Positions 50,406 through 60,340 of a stretch of DNA of 64,000 nt are shown here, piece after piece (position 1 is the first letter of the stretch; every line of letters starts with the position of its first letter). Where the stretch lies: NCBI GenBank assembly GCA_019058315.1, contig JAHPZH010000002.1:753625-817624 (forward strand). Reading direction: 5' to 3'. This stretch comes from Candidatus Helarchaeota archaeon (GTDB taxonomy: Archaea > Asgardarchaeota > Lokiarchaeia > Helarchaeales > RDOG01). The notes beneath the pieces are model-generated. The model saw only the letters and a list, made by a program, of their open reading frames with translations. It was not told the DNA's origin and ran no database searches. The position numbers and the translations under genes are program-made.

Positions 50406-51470
50406 CTAGAGCCATTTCTTCTTTTTAAAATATATAAGCATTGAAATTGCTATAATTAATAACAGAATCAATATCATGGGATAGCCTAAATCCCAGTTAA
50501 GTTCCGGCATATTAATAAAATTCATCCCATAAAGGCTTGTTATAAAAGTTAAAGGGATAAATATCGTTGCTATAATAGTTAAAACCTTCATAATCTCGTT
50601 CATTCTGTTGCTTACACTAGAAAGATAAATATCAAGCATATTTGATAGCATATCTCGATAAATCTCTATTGTATCTACAATTTGAATAATATGGTCATAA
50701 ATATCTCTGTAATAGATTTCTGTATGTTCATGAATTAAAGGTGATTCTCTCCTTAATAAACGATTTATAATTTCTCTTAATGGCCAAATTGATTTTCTTA
50801 AGGTAATAAAATTATTCTTCAAATTATAGATTTCATTTAATGTTTTAGTAGTTGGCTTTTCTATCAACTCAACTTCTAAAATTTCTATTCTTTCTCCGAG
50901 TTTTTCCAATTTTTCAAAATAATCATCTATTATTATATCTAATAAAGAGTAGACAAGATAATCAGATTTCATCTTTCTAATTTGGCCCATTGCAGCTTGA
51001 ATCCTCTCTGCAATAGGTATGAAAATTTCACTTTCTTTTTCTTTAAATGAAATTACTAAATTCGATCCAAAAATTATACTAATTTGCTCTGTACTAAGTT
51101 CATTGGTGTTTTTCTCAAATTCTATCAGTTTTAAAATTATACAGATATAATTATCGAATAACTCAATTTTAGGTCGTTGGTTTACATTTAATATATCTTC
51201 TAGAACTAGTGGATGGATTTTATAAAATGAGCCGATTTTAGCAATTATTCCTAATTGTTGAAAGCCATCGATATTAATCCAAGAAATTGATTTTTCATCT
51301 ATAATAGTTGAATAGTCTTCTGGTGATTTTATTTCTTCTTCTAGAATTTTTTGTTCATTATATTTGATAAGATTGATTTTTGTTGGTACTTCTATTCTTT
51401 CACCCGTATATTCCAAAGTACCTGGAAGAGAACTTGATTTTTTTTTTCTTCTTTTAAAAATATGGGACAT
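50406..51470 (-). CDS. corA: CorA-family Mg2+/Co2+ transporter
   Basis: The YGMNF signature between two C-terminal TM helices. Confidence 0.85.
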   Translation of the reverse strand: MSHIFKRRKKKSSSLPGTLEYTGERIEVPTKINLIKYNEQKILEEEIKSPEDYSTIIDEKSISWINIDGFQQLGIIAKIGSFYKIHPLVLEDILNVNQRPKIELFDNYICIILKLIEFEKNTNELSTEQISIIFGSNLVISFKEKESEIFIPIAERIQAAMGQIRKMKSDYLVYSLLDIIIDDYFEKLEKLGERIEILEVELIEKPTTKTLNEIYNLKNNFITLRKSIWPLREIINRLLRRESPLIHEHTEIYYRDIYDHIIQIVDTIEIYRDMLSNMLDIYLSSVSNRMNEIMKVLTIIATIFIPLTFITSLYGMNFINMPELNWDLGYPMILILLLIIAISMLIYFKKKKWL

Positions 51471-51654
51471 AGTTTAACAGCCCTCATTATTTTATAATTT
51501 AAAGTTATAACATTATTTATTTTTTAAAATAAAATTATTAAATTTGTATAAAGTAGTTATCAGAAGTTTTTAATCTGTTCTAAGTATGGATAGCTACCTA
51601 ATGTTTATTCTTTTAATGGCTAATATTAATTCCCTTCTTTAATATTTTTATCAT

Positions 51655-51730
51655 TTAATCAGTATTATACGAAAAAAAAGGTATTTTATCAAAATATATT
51701 CACTAATTCTTATAAATTTCTTTTCATTTT
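51655..51730 (+). promoter_or_regulatory. Conserved intergenic element family 2, copy 2
   Basis: agtattatacgaaaaaaaaggtattttatcaaaatatattcactaattcttataaattt aligns with 34455..34530. Confidence 0.45.
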
Positions 51731-51760
51731 AAAAAATACAACCTTTGGAGATGAATATTA

Positions 51761-52579
51761 TTGGCTGATATATTAATAACAATTCTTGTCATTTGTATTA
51801 TAGTTGGTTCCTTTTTTTTAATTTGGATTCTTTTAGGGTTTAGAGTCGTCAAAGAATGGGAAAAAGCCCCATTATTGAAATTTGGTCGATATAAAGGACT
51901 TAAAGGTCCAGGATTGATTTGGTATCTTAGAGGAATATTTTCAATACCTATGATTATTTCTACTAGAATTTTAACTTATACATTTAGAAGTGAGCAGACA
52001 TTGACAAAGGACAATGTTAGTGTGAGTGTGGATGCAATAATGTATTTCAAGGTAATAGATCCTGAAAGTGTCATATTGAAAGTTGAAAATTATATAACAG
52101 CAACCCAATGGGCCGCACAAACGACATTGAGAGAAGTTATGGGAAAAGTTGAATTAAACGAGCTCCTAAGTGAAAGAGATCAAATAAGTAAACATTTACA
52201 AGAGATTATCGATGAAAAAACAGAGGCATGGGGCATTAAAGTAACCAGTGTAGAAGTTAGAGACGTGAATTTATCTCAAAGCTTAATTGATGCAATGGCT
52301 AGACAAGCAGAAGCTGAGAGAGAACGTAAAGCAAGGGTTACTTTAGCAACAGCAGAGGCAGAAGCATCATTTAAAATGATCGAGGCAGGTAAAAGATATA
52401 AGAGTGATCCTATTGCAATGGAGTTAAGATGGATGAACCTTTTATATGAAGCTGCCTCTCAAGGCAAAAGTACAATTATCGTAATTCCTGCAAATGTTCC
52501 TACTGCAGGAATATCTGCCGTTTTAGGACCTTATGGAATCCAAAAAATAGTTGAAGAACAGCAAAAAAAGAAAGATTAA
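51761..52579 (+). CDS. Stomatin/prohibitin-like SPFH (band 7) protein
   Basis: An N-terminal TM helix followed by the SPFH core VVKEWEKAPLLKFGRY...TKDNVSVSVDAIMYFKV and a coiled coil. The start is TTG. Confidence 0.75.
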   Translation: MADILITILVICIIVGSFFLIWILLGFRVVKEWEKAPLLKFGRYKGLKGPGLIWYLRGIFSIPMIISTRILTYTFRSEQTLTKDNVSVSVDAIMYFKVIDPESVILKVENYITATQWAAQTTLREVMGKVELNELLSERDQISKHLQEIIDEKTEAWGIKVTSVEVRDVNLSQSLIDAMARQAEAERERKARVTLATAEAEASFKMIEAGKRYKSDPIAMELRWMNLLYEAASQGKSTIIVIPANVPTAGISAVLGPYGIQKIVEEQQKKKD

Positions 52580-52602
52580 GAATTTGAAGAATAATAAAAA
52601 AA

Positions 52603-53373
52603 ATGGAATTAAGAATTATGAGAAAATGGTTAATTTTTTTTGGAATTGTACATTGGGCAGTATTCGGATTCTTAATTTATTACTTTTTATTTGTTCTGGA
52701 GATAAGCTGGGTATGGGTCCTAATCGGAATCTTGATTTATGTTCTATTTTTCATCTTTGTATTAGTAAGGATAATTAGACATTATTATCATTTTCCAATT
52801 CCATCTTTTATGACAAGGATTATTGACAACCCACTTCGCAGAAAATTCGTACAAAAACCAGATCTAATTGCGGAACGAATGGGGCTTAAAGATGGAATGA
52901 CTGTTGTCGAAATTGGACCAGGTAAGGGGTCCTATACAAAAGCTGTAGCAAAAAGAATTCTTCCTAATGGAAAAGTATATGCAGTCGATATTTCTGAAAA
53001 GGTAATTGAAAATTTGAAAAAAAGAATTGAAAAGGAAGATATTACGAATATAATTCCCAAAATTGATGATGCATACAATTTTACCTTTGCTGATGAAAGT
53101 GTAGATCGAGTATTTGCAATTGCTTGTTTGCCTGAAATCCCTGAACCAGTTAAAGTTCTTCGTGAATGCCGCCGAATTTTAAAACCTGATGGTTTAGTAT
53201 GTCTCTCTGAATTATTTATAGATCCAGATTATCCTCGTCGTAAAACAGAAAAACGATGGGCAAGTGAAGCCCAATTGGAGTTAAAACAGGAATTTGGAAA
53301 TTGGGTTAGTTATCAACTCAATTTTGGAAAAAAATCAAAATCGAATAATGAAAAAATAATCTTAAATGACTGA
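52603..53373 (+). CDS. Membrane-anchored class I SAM-dependent methyltransferase
   Basis: Two N-terminal TM helices, then motif I VVEIGPGKGSYT and post-I DISEKVIE. Confidence 0.65.
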   Translation: MELRIMRKWLIFFGIVHWAVFGFLIYYFLFVLEISWVWVLIGILIYVLFFIFVLVRIIRHYYHFPIPSFMTRIIDNPLRRKFVQKPDLIAERMGLKDGMTVVEIGPGKGSYTKAVAKRILPNGKVYAVDISEKVIENLKKRIEKEDITNIIPKIDDAYNFTFADESVDRVFAIACLPEIPEPVKVLRECRRILKPDGLVCLSELFIDPDYPRRKTEKRWASEAQLELKQEFGNWVSYQLNFGKKSKSNNEKIILND

Positions 53374-53430
53374 ATATTAGGTATTTTAATATTTATTATT
53401 TAAAAAAAAGAAGATAATGGAATTTAGGTA

Positions 53431-53955
53431 ATGAAAATGGTAAAAAATTCAATTAGTTTTGATTTTGTGGAAAAACAAATTCGAAAGAAGACTTTTGGAA
53501 TTCTTACCACAATTAGTCCAAAAGGCAGAGCACAATCAACAGGGATTCTATATGGAGTTTCACCACCCAATTCTAAATTCTCTCTATATTTGCTTACATC
53601 TAAGGATTATAAGAAGGTTGAAAATATCCAAAACAATCCTTATATTTCATTTTTTATTCCATTTCCACATTATTTCTTGCGTTTTGTCCCTGCATCATAT
53701 GTTTCTTTTCAGGGAAAGGCTGAAATCATCCCACATGACGATCCTGAAGGATTAAAAGCTTTTAGTCAAAAAAGAATTCTTAAGATGAATTTAGAACAAG
53801 TCAAGCAACCAGATATGAAAGGAAAACTGGTAATCATTAAACTCAAACCAAATAGAAAACTAATTTGTTATGGTCTTGGTTTAAGTCTAATGAAAATGCG
53901 TAAAGAACCCGAAATTGGTAGTTATACGGTCAATGTTCCCCCAGAAAGACTTTAA
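53431..53955 (+). CDS. PNPOx-like FMN-binding split-barrel protein (general stress protein 26-like)
   Basis: KKTFGILTTISPKGRAQSTGILYGV and its ~170-aa size. This is a tentative call. Confidence 0.45.
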   Translation: MKMVKNSISFDFVEKQIRKKTFGILTTISPKGRAQSTGILYGVSPPNSKFSLYLLTSKDYKKVENIQNNPYISFFIPFPHYFLRFVPASYVSFQGKAEIIPHDDPEGLKAFSQKRILKMNLEQVKQPDMKGKLVIIKLKPNRKLICYGLGLSLMKMRKEPEIGSYTVNVPPERL

Positions 53956-53982
53956 TCACTCTAAATAGCGGAGGAATTTAAT

Positions 53983-55143
53983 ATGTTAACAGAAATATTA
54001 TTTCTTATCGCCGTTGGCGTAATGACTTTTTCAGTTTACTTTTTTGCTAAAGCCGCACTAAAAACCAGAAAATCATTACCTTTAATTTATAAATTTATGA
54101 TTGGCTTTTTAGTTATTAATGCTTTTACAATCGATTATGCATTTGCATATTTTTTTCTTTATTTAAATTATTTTACACCAGAAATATTCGTAACTTATCG
54201 ATTCTTTTTTGAAATATTAATGGGTGTCGTTGGTTTCTATATTTTCTTCGACTCTAGGTTCAGAAAAATTAAATATAACTATTTAAGTAAATTTCTCATT
54301 ATTTTATTTGCTGTTGTCATTGGTGAAGCTTATTTAATCTATTTTTCCCAAACCCCCTTTCTTTTTAATGATATCGACTTTTTTAAATTATTATTTGACT
54401 TTTATAACAATCATCCTATGTTATTCATAATTTTCGGATTACAAAAACTATATTCATTTATAGGTATTGTGATATTTTCTCTAAATATTTGTTTTATTGT
54501 ATTAAAAAATAAAATTTATTCATTGAAGGCAAAAATACTTCTCACAATTGGGATTTTAACATTTATAGATATCCTTTTTACTATTCCAGTATGGGAAGCG
54601 TTCACTGGTGAAATCAATTTGGTATATATTCTTTGGATTTTTTGCTATTTCTTCATAATTTTCGCCAGATTAACAAAAATCAACTTTAAAGCAATTTCAG
54701 GAATACATGAAATTTTGATAACCTACAATGATGGAAGATTACTATATAATACAGGAAATGAACAGCTGGATCCTTTTTTAATAACTGGAGCATTATCTGC
54801 AATAATTTGTTTTTTGAAAGAAACTTTGCATAGCAAAAAGAAGGTGCGTTCAATTGATCATCAAGATAAAAAGATTCTATTCTCATATGGTGAATTCATT
54901 ATTACAAGTGTAATTACCGATGAAGATACACATATTGTATATAATAAAGTGGAACAACTCACACATGACTTTGAAAAACAATTTTATGGTGTTTTAAAAC
55001 ATTGGAATGGGGAATTAACCACATTTTCTTCAGCTTGGTTCATTATTGATAATATTTTTCCAGTCAGTGGGTGGATGCACAAAAAATCAGTTGAAGAATT
55101 CAAGGATAGCATTTTAAATAAAATTAAACAAATTGAAAAATAG
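53983..55143 (+). CDS. Membrane protein (about 6 TM) with a C-terminal cytoplasmic domain, possibly Roadblock/LC7-like
   Basis: The hydrophobic N-terminal 230 aa are followed by a C-terminal alpha-beta-beta-alpha-beta-like segment ILITYNDGRLLYNTGNE...ALSAIICFLKETL...ILFSYGEFIITSVITDE. Confidence 0.4.
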   Translation: MLTEILFLIAVGVMTFSVYFFAKAALKTRKSLPLIYKFMIGFLVINAFTIDYAFAYFFLYLNYFTPEIFVTYRFFFEILMGVVGFYIFFDSRFRKIKYNYLSKFLIILFAVVIGEAYLIYFSQTPFLFNDIDFFKLLFDFYNNHPMLFIIFGLQKLYSFIGIVIFSLNICFIVLKNKIYSLKAKILLTIGILTFIDILFTIPVWEAFTGEINLVYILWIFCYFFIIFARLTKINFKAISGIHEILITYNDGRLLYNTGNEQLDPFLITGALSAIICFLKETLHSKKKVRSIDHQDKKILFSYGEFIITSVITDEDTHIVYNKVEQLTHDFEKQFYGVLKHWNGELTTFSSAWFIIDNIFPVSGWMHKKSVEEFKDSILNKIKQIEK

Positions 55144-55151
55144 TTGGAGAG

Positions 55152-55850
55152 TTGAGATATTTTATGAAGCAGGGAATTCTGAATTTTTTTAAAAAAATTC
55201 TTAATTACATTGAACCAGAAGGAATACCATTTCCCGGATCGATAATATATAATAAAATTATGCAAAATTTTGATTTGTATGATTTATTATTGCATAAAAT
55301 TGCCAAATCTGATTTGATATCTAATATTAAAGGGACAATTCTTGATGTTGGAACTGGTCCGGCATATCTTCCGATTTATATTACGCAAAATAATCCTGCT
55401 TGCAAAGTCATAGGACTTGATGTATCTTCTGGTATGATTCGTTTAGCTTCACAAAATATACAAAAAGCAAACCTTCTTAATGCTATATATTTAAAGAAAG
55501 GAAATGTAAGCAAACTCCCCTTTCCAGACCAATTTTTTGATTTTATTATTAGTACAGGCTCATTCCATCATTGGAAATTGCCAATTAATGCTTTTAATGA
55601 AATTTATAGAGTTCTTAAGTATAATAGTGAAGCTTGGATTTTTGATGCTATAAACCCACTTCCAAGAGAAGAATTTTTAGAACTTTGTCAAAGGTTTGGG
55701 AAATTAAAAATTATCCTATTTTATCTCCATACATTTTCAGAACCTTTTTATGAACCCCAAAAGATATATCGAATTATTCAAAAAAGTAAATTTGAAAAAG
55801 GTGAGCTTGAACTTTTTAGTATTCTTTATCGTATTAATTTGTCAAAATAA
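55152..55850 (+). CDS. Class I SAM-dependent methyltransferase
   Basis: Motif I ILDVGTGPAYLPIYI and motif II FDFIISTGSFHHW. Confidence 0.65.
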   Translation: MRYFMKQGILNFFKKILNYIEPEGIPFPGSIIYNKIMQNFDLYDLLLHKIAKSDLISNIKGTILDVGTGPAYLPIYITQNNPACKVIGLDVSSGMIRLASQNIQKANLLNAIYLKKGNVSKLPFPDQFFDFIISTGSFHHWKLPINAFNEIYRVLKYNSEAWIFDAINPLPREEFLELCQRFGKLKIILFYLHTFSEPFYEPQKIYRIIQKSKFEKGELELFSILYRINLSK

Positions 55851-55911
55851 TGAGGCTAATCTGATGTTTATCCTATTAATTTGTTTAAATAATGAGGCTA
55901 ATCTGATGTTT
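55845..55911 (+). repeat. 42-nt-period direct duplication (aaataatgaggctaatctgatgttt x2) spanning the stop codon, Shine-Dalgarno and start region between the two MTase genes
   Basis: The two 25-nt copies are identical. The duplication is in frame, giving NNEANLMF twice in the extended ORF. Confidence 0.8.
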
Positions 55912-56649
55912 TGGTATATTTTTTTCAGCATTATCGGACTTATTATCATTTTGATCTTGATTTTTGGTTATCCTCGAAAGAAAAATGAAAGAATTCCTTG
56001 TATAGAAGGGTTAGATGATCCAGGAGTTACAAAAGCATTTGAAAAAATGACAAAATTTTTACCATTTAAAATGTTATATCGAAAAATATTATCTAAATTA
56101 AAGAAATTTCAACCAAATGGGCTATTAGTTGATATAGGTTGCGGTTCAGGAAATTTAATAGTAAGAATTGCAGAGAAATTTCAAAATCTGGAACTATTTG
56201 GTGTTGATATATCCGAGGATATTATTCAACTTGCAAAACAGCGGGCACTAGATAAAAGCGTAGATGAAAAAATTGAATTTAAAATTGGAACTGCAGAAAG
56301 TTTGCCATTTTCAGATCATTCAGTTGACTTTATCATTAGTACACTTTCACTTCATCATTGGTCAGATCCCCTAAAAGTCATTGAAGAACTTCATCGGGTT
56401 CTTAAAAATAATGGCACATTATTAATTTTTGATTTCCGTCGAGATGCACGAAAATTTTTCTATGGTTTATTTACATTTGCTACAAAAATCGTAGTTCCTA
56501 AAGCGTTAAAAAAAATTAATGAGCCTTTGGGTTCAATTTCAGCGAGTTATACTCCTGATGAAGTAAATGAAATTTTTTCTCAAACAACATTTCAAAATAT
56601 TGAGATTCATCCTTACCTTGCTTGGATGTTTATAAACGGAAAAAAATAA
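55864..56649 (+). CDS. Membrane-anchored class I SAM-dependent methyltransferase. The track ORF 55750..56649 is over-extended into the upstream gene; the start is probably the ATG at 55864 or 55906.
   Basis: Motif I LVDIGCGSGNLIV and motif II VDFIISTLSLHHW. Each candidate ATG is preceded by its own GAGG. Confidence 0.65.
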   Translation: MFILLICLNNEANLMFWYIFFSIIGLIIILILIFGYPRKKNERIPCIEGLDDPGVTKAFEKMTKFLPFKMLYRKILSKLKKFQPNGLLVDIGCGSGNLIVRIAEKFQNLELFGVDISEDIIQLAKQRALDKSVDEKIEFKIGTAESLPFSDHSVDFIISTLSLHHWSDPLKVIEELHRVLKNNGTLLIFDFRRDARKFFYGLFTFATKIVVPKALKKINEPLGSISASYTPDEVNEIFSQTTFQNIEIHPYLAWMFINGKK

Positions 56650-56730
56650 GTGCACATACTTTTTTAAAATATATTTTAGCATAAAATAACAATAAATGTG
56701 CTGGTAAGGATTATTTAATAAAGTGATATT

Positions 56731-57408
56731 TTGATTGATTTACATATTCATACTAATTATTCAGATGGACAAGCTACCATTCGTGAAGTATTAGAAATTG
56801 CAAGTAGAAAGAAATTAGAATATATTGCTATTTCTGATCATTATACCACCACCTCTAAACAGAACATAATACCGACCCTTTCTCTTGAAATAATTGATAA
56901 ATATATTAAAGAAATAAGAGCAACAACTGCTTCATTTTCTACGAAATGTTTTGTAGGAATTGAAATTGATTGTGAATCTAAGTTTAAAGATATTGAAAAA
57001 TTACCGCTTGAAGAATTCGAACTAATCCAATTTGAAGATGTTTTTTCGATAAATATTTTGAAAGAAGTATGTGAATTAATTGATAAAAGGCAACTTCAAG
57101 GAATTTTTTGTTTAGCTCATCCCGCTATTCATTTTTACAATGATTCTTATCCTGTAGATCTTGATTTTATAAGAAAACAGCTTGCCCCATTACTTGTTGA
57201 ATATAATATTGCATTTGAACTGAATTCACGTTACACTCATCGTTGGGCAAATCTTGTTCCGAGAATTAAGGCTTTATTAGATATGGGAATCTCATTTTCA
57301 ATTGGAAGTGATGCTCATTTCAAATCTGATATAGGCGGAGTCTTAGAGCAATATGAATTCTTAAAAAAAATGGGTGGATTAAAGAATATTATAAAACTAA
57401 GTATTTGA
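56731..57408 (+). CDS. PHP-domain phosphoesterase (second copy)
   Basis: IDLHIHTNYSDG, IAISDHYT and GSDAHF. The start is TTG. Confidence 0.65.
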   Translation: MIDLHIHTNYSDGQATIREVLEIASRKKLEYIAISDHYTTTSKQNIIPTLSLEIIDKYIKEIRATTASFSTKCFVGIEIDCESKFKDIEKLPLEEFELIQFEDVFSINILKEVCELIDKRQLQGIFCLAHPAIHFYNDSYPVDLDFIRKQLAPLLVEYNIAFELNSRYTHRWANLVPRIKALLDMGISFSIGSDAHFKSDIGGVLEQYEFLKKMGGLKNIIKLSI

Positions 57409-57535
57409 TAATTTCATCAGCATTCTTAAGATTTTTAAATTATTGTTTGTACTTAGATAAAATTAGAATGGATATTGTTAAAATCGGAACAAAAACTAAA
57501 TTTTGGATATTAAATCAACAAATTAAGGAGATTTA

Positions 57536-57835
57536 TTGAAAAATAATCAAAAAGGAGGTTTAAAAATTACAAAAACTAAAAAAATTTTATTTAAAGGAAC
57601 CATACAAGGAACAGTGAGTTCTTTTTTTCCTCATGTAGGATATTTTTTAGGTAATTGGGCTTATAACAATTATATTAGCTTTATGATTAAGTTAGATAAA
57701 GTTATTGAAGGAAATCCAATAAAAATCCCCGAAGAATTTCCAGTATTAGGACAAAAATATGTAGACAGAGAGTATCTCCTCAATACTCATGTGAGAAATA
57801 AAGATATTATCTATGTTACTGGAAAAATAATTTAA
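57536..57835 (+). CDS. Hypothetical protein
   Basis: A 99-aa ORF with no recognised motif. Confidence 0.3.
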   Translation: MKNNQKGGLKITKTKKILFKGTIQGTVSSFFPHVGYFLGNWAYNNYISFMIKLDKVIEGNPIKIPEEFPVLGQKYVDREYLLNTHVRNKDIIYVTGKII

Positions 57836-57919
57836 AATACATTAAAGCATTGGAAAAAGGATGTCATTTGGATGAAAGCTGACCATATCTATAACGAAAC
57901 TCTAAATTTTGGATACTAA

Positions 57920-60316
57920 CTAACAAGATATTGTTATTTCCAATTTATTTTTAAAATTAACTTCCAATTTATAAATATTTTTCGACTTTTTGATTAAATT
58001 AATGTGTTTTATATTATCAATCTGCCATTGATTTTCTTCTGGATTAAAGAAAGTAAGATTTCCAACATTCTTTCCAGGGAATTCTATTTTTAATTTTATT
58101 TTTTTGGAATCGTTATCATAAACACAATTTTTAATTTCTACAGCCCCTTGCATAAAATGAAGAGTTGATGAAAGAAGTTGTGGTCTAGATTCTACTTCTT
58201 TAATTGTAATTAATTCACATGAATGTCTTCTAATGTTTCTAAAGGTAAATTTTTGCTTAAAAGTTCCGAAATATTTCTGCTTCCAGAATTCATATATGTG
58301 ATATTCCTTATCTTTTCTTAATCCTAAATCCTCAAACTTTAATTCAATATTTTTTGATTTATTACTCCAATTAAAAATTCCTACAATATGCCAATCTCCA
58401 AATTCTCTTTTTATTGGAAGGTCTAGAATTTCAGGCATTTCACTTTCGAAGAGATCGATGGGTATAGCTGTATTACCATCAAATGGAAAAAACTTTTTAA
58501 TCAAACTAATTTGTTTATCATTCACAAAAGAGAAGTTATCGCTTAAGAAGTAATAACCATTTAATAATGCTATGCATGTAATCTCTGTTTTTACTTCCTC
58601 TTCCGTAAGATTTGTGTTTTCTAACCTGACCATTAAACAATCAGGATCATTAATCCAAAACTTCTTATGCATGAAAAAGGCTCTTATATTATTTCTCATT
58701 GCATTTACAACGCAAGGAACTCCATGTAAATGTATACGTTTTCTTAATAATTTTGCATACCAAGGATCCCAACTAGTGTGTGTATCTGGGGAAACTCTCA
58801 TCGCGTTGACAAGCCCGATTGACGGTCCGATAGGTGCTCCGCACCCGAGTAATAATACATCCGGTCCAATTGCTTTTCGAATGATATCAAGCCCTTTTCT
58901 ATAGACCTGGGCCCTAGTCATTTTTTTATTATAATAATTTGTAGTTGCAACAGCTCCAAAAATAAAATCAATTTTAATGCATTTAAAGCCCCAATCATTA
59001 GTAATTTTAGTAAATAATGAATGCAACCACTCTTGGACTTCCGGATGAGAACAGTCTAAAGCATATATTGTATTTCTATAACCCCAAGCCGGATTTTTAG
59101 TTACAACAACTGGTTTTCCCTTATTATTTCGAAGTACCCAATTTGGGTGTTTTTTATAAAGCATAGATTTTTTTCCAACAAAAAATGGGGCTAACCATAA
59201 CCCCGCTTTGAATCCTTTTTTTTCAATTTTATCCACAAATTTTTTCATTCCATCTGGAAACTTTTCATTAGCCTCCCAATCTCCGATTGTCTTTTGATAC
59301 CCATCATCAAGCTGGAAAAAAGTTATAGGAATTTGATCTCGTCTTTCAGCTAGAAAATCTAAATTCTTTGAACATTCTTCTTCATTAATTTTATGAAAAT
59401 AAATATACCAAGTGCAATATCCTGTCGGAACAGTATCCCATTGGATTGTTTTGTTTATTTTTTTAATTAAATCAGCGTAAAGGGTTAAATTTTCTATTGG
59501 CGGAGTTACAAAATTAACCACTAGTAATTCTGAAAATAATTCTTCATTTGGTTCTAGAATAATATTATCTGCTTGAGATCTTGTTCTTAATTTCTTTAAA
59601 GCTCTTTTCTTTTTGTTAAACTGAAAAATTATTTGAGATAATTGATTTTCAAAGGTTAAAAATCCAAATAGAATACTGGATTGTGTTTTTAAATTCTTGA
59701 TTACTATATAATTATCCCCCACTTGCTCATATTTTTCCCTCTGTTCATCTGGATTTGATAGAAATACTACACGTCCAGGTGCAATAAAATCTGGGACTTT
59801 TGGCCTAAAATCTTTTTCAAAAGGATCTATCAATTTAATAGGAGCCCATGATTGATATTGTCCAGCTAAAATTTTCCAGTCATTAATTGAAGTACCTAAA
59901 TCTATGCTGCTTAGACTAGTTTCCCGTAATTCAATGGGATTAAATGATTTTATCCTTATATTTTTCCCTAGATTATTAATAATTGAATTTTGTAGAAAAA
60001 TAAAAGGTTTATTTTCAAATAATTTAATCATTAATTTCAAATGTGGTTTGTCAATTTTCGATAGAAAATTCAAAGTTAATGACTTTCCTTTACCGCCCTC
60101 ATCTTCAAAATCGTTTATCTCCCATTTAATTTCTGCTTCATCTAGACTATCAACATCTCTGGAATCATATAAAATAGAGGAAAAACCATTCGAAATAATA
60201 GTATTTTGCTTCTTTTTATCCATGAAATTCATGAAACCTGAATTAGTATCAAATTGGAAATTAATAAACTCATTTTCAACTGTTAGAATCCCATCATTTT
60301 CGTTAAAACTTATCAT
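57920..60316 (-). CDS. Glycoside hydrolase family 36 alpha-galactosidase-like
   Basis: GYCTWYIYF, FQLDDGYQ, CIKIDF and LLGCGAP are characteristic of GH36/GH27-clan alpha-galactosidases. Confidence 0.8.
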   Translation of the reverse strand: MISFNENDGILTVENEFINFQFDTNSGFMNFMDKKKQNTIISNGFSSILYDSRDVDSLDEAEIKWEINDFEDEGGKGKSLTLNFLSKIDKPHLKLMIKLFENKPFIFLQNSIINNLGKNIRIKSFNPIELRETSLSSIDLGTSINDWKILAGQYQSWAPIKLIDPFEKDFRPKVPDFIAPGRVVFLSNPDEQREKYEQVGDNYIVIKNLKTQSSILFGFLTFENQLSQIIFQFNKKKRALKKLRTRSQADNIILEPNEELFSELLVVNFVTPPIENLTLYADLIKKINKTIQWDTVPTGYCTWYIYFHKINEEECSKNLDFLAERRDQIPITFFQLDDGYQKTIGDWEANEKFPDGMKKFVDKIEKKGFKAGLWLAPFFVGKKSMLYKKHPNWVLRNNKGKPVVVTKNPAWGYRNTIYALDCSHPEVQEWLHSLFTKITNDWGFKCIKIDFIFGAVATTNYYNKKMTRAQVYRKGLDIIRKAIGPDVLLLGCGAPIGPSIGLVNAMRVSPDTHTSWDPWYAKLLRKRIHLHGVPCVVNAMRNNIRAFFMHKKFWINDPDCLMVRLENTNLTEEEVKTEITCIALLNGYYFLSDNFSFVNDKQISLIKKFFPFDGNTAIPIDLFESEMPEILDLPIKREFGDWHIVGIFNWSNKSKNIELKFEDLGLRKDKEYHIYEFWKQKYFGTFKQKFTFRNIRRHSCELITIKEVESRPQLLSSTLHFMQGAVEIKNCVYDNDSKKIKLKIEFPGKNVGNLTFFNPEENQWQIDNIKHINLIKKSKNIYKLEVNFKNKLEITISC

Positions 60317-60340
60317 AATTACACCAAATATTTCTTTTTA

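Noticed and set aside
55750-55863. N-terminal 38 codons of the ORF-track gene 55750..56649, which overlap the preceding MTase
   Set aside because: A 100-nt overlap with the upstream gene is implausible. Two good Shine-Dalgarno plus ATG sites at 55864 and 55906 fit better.
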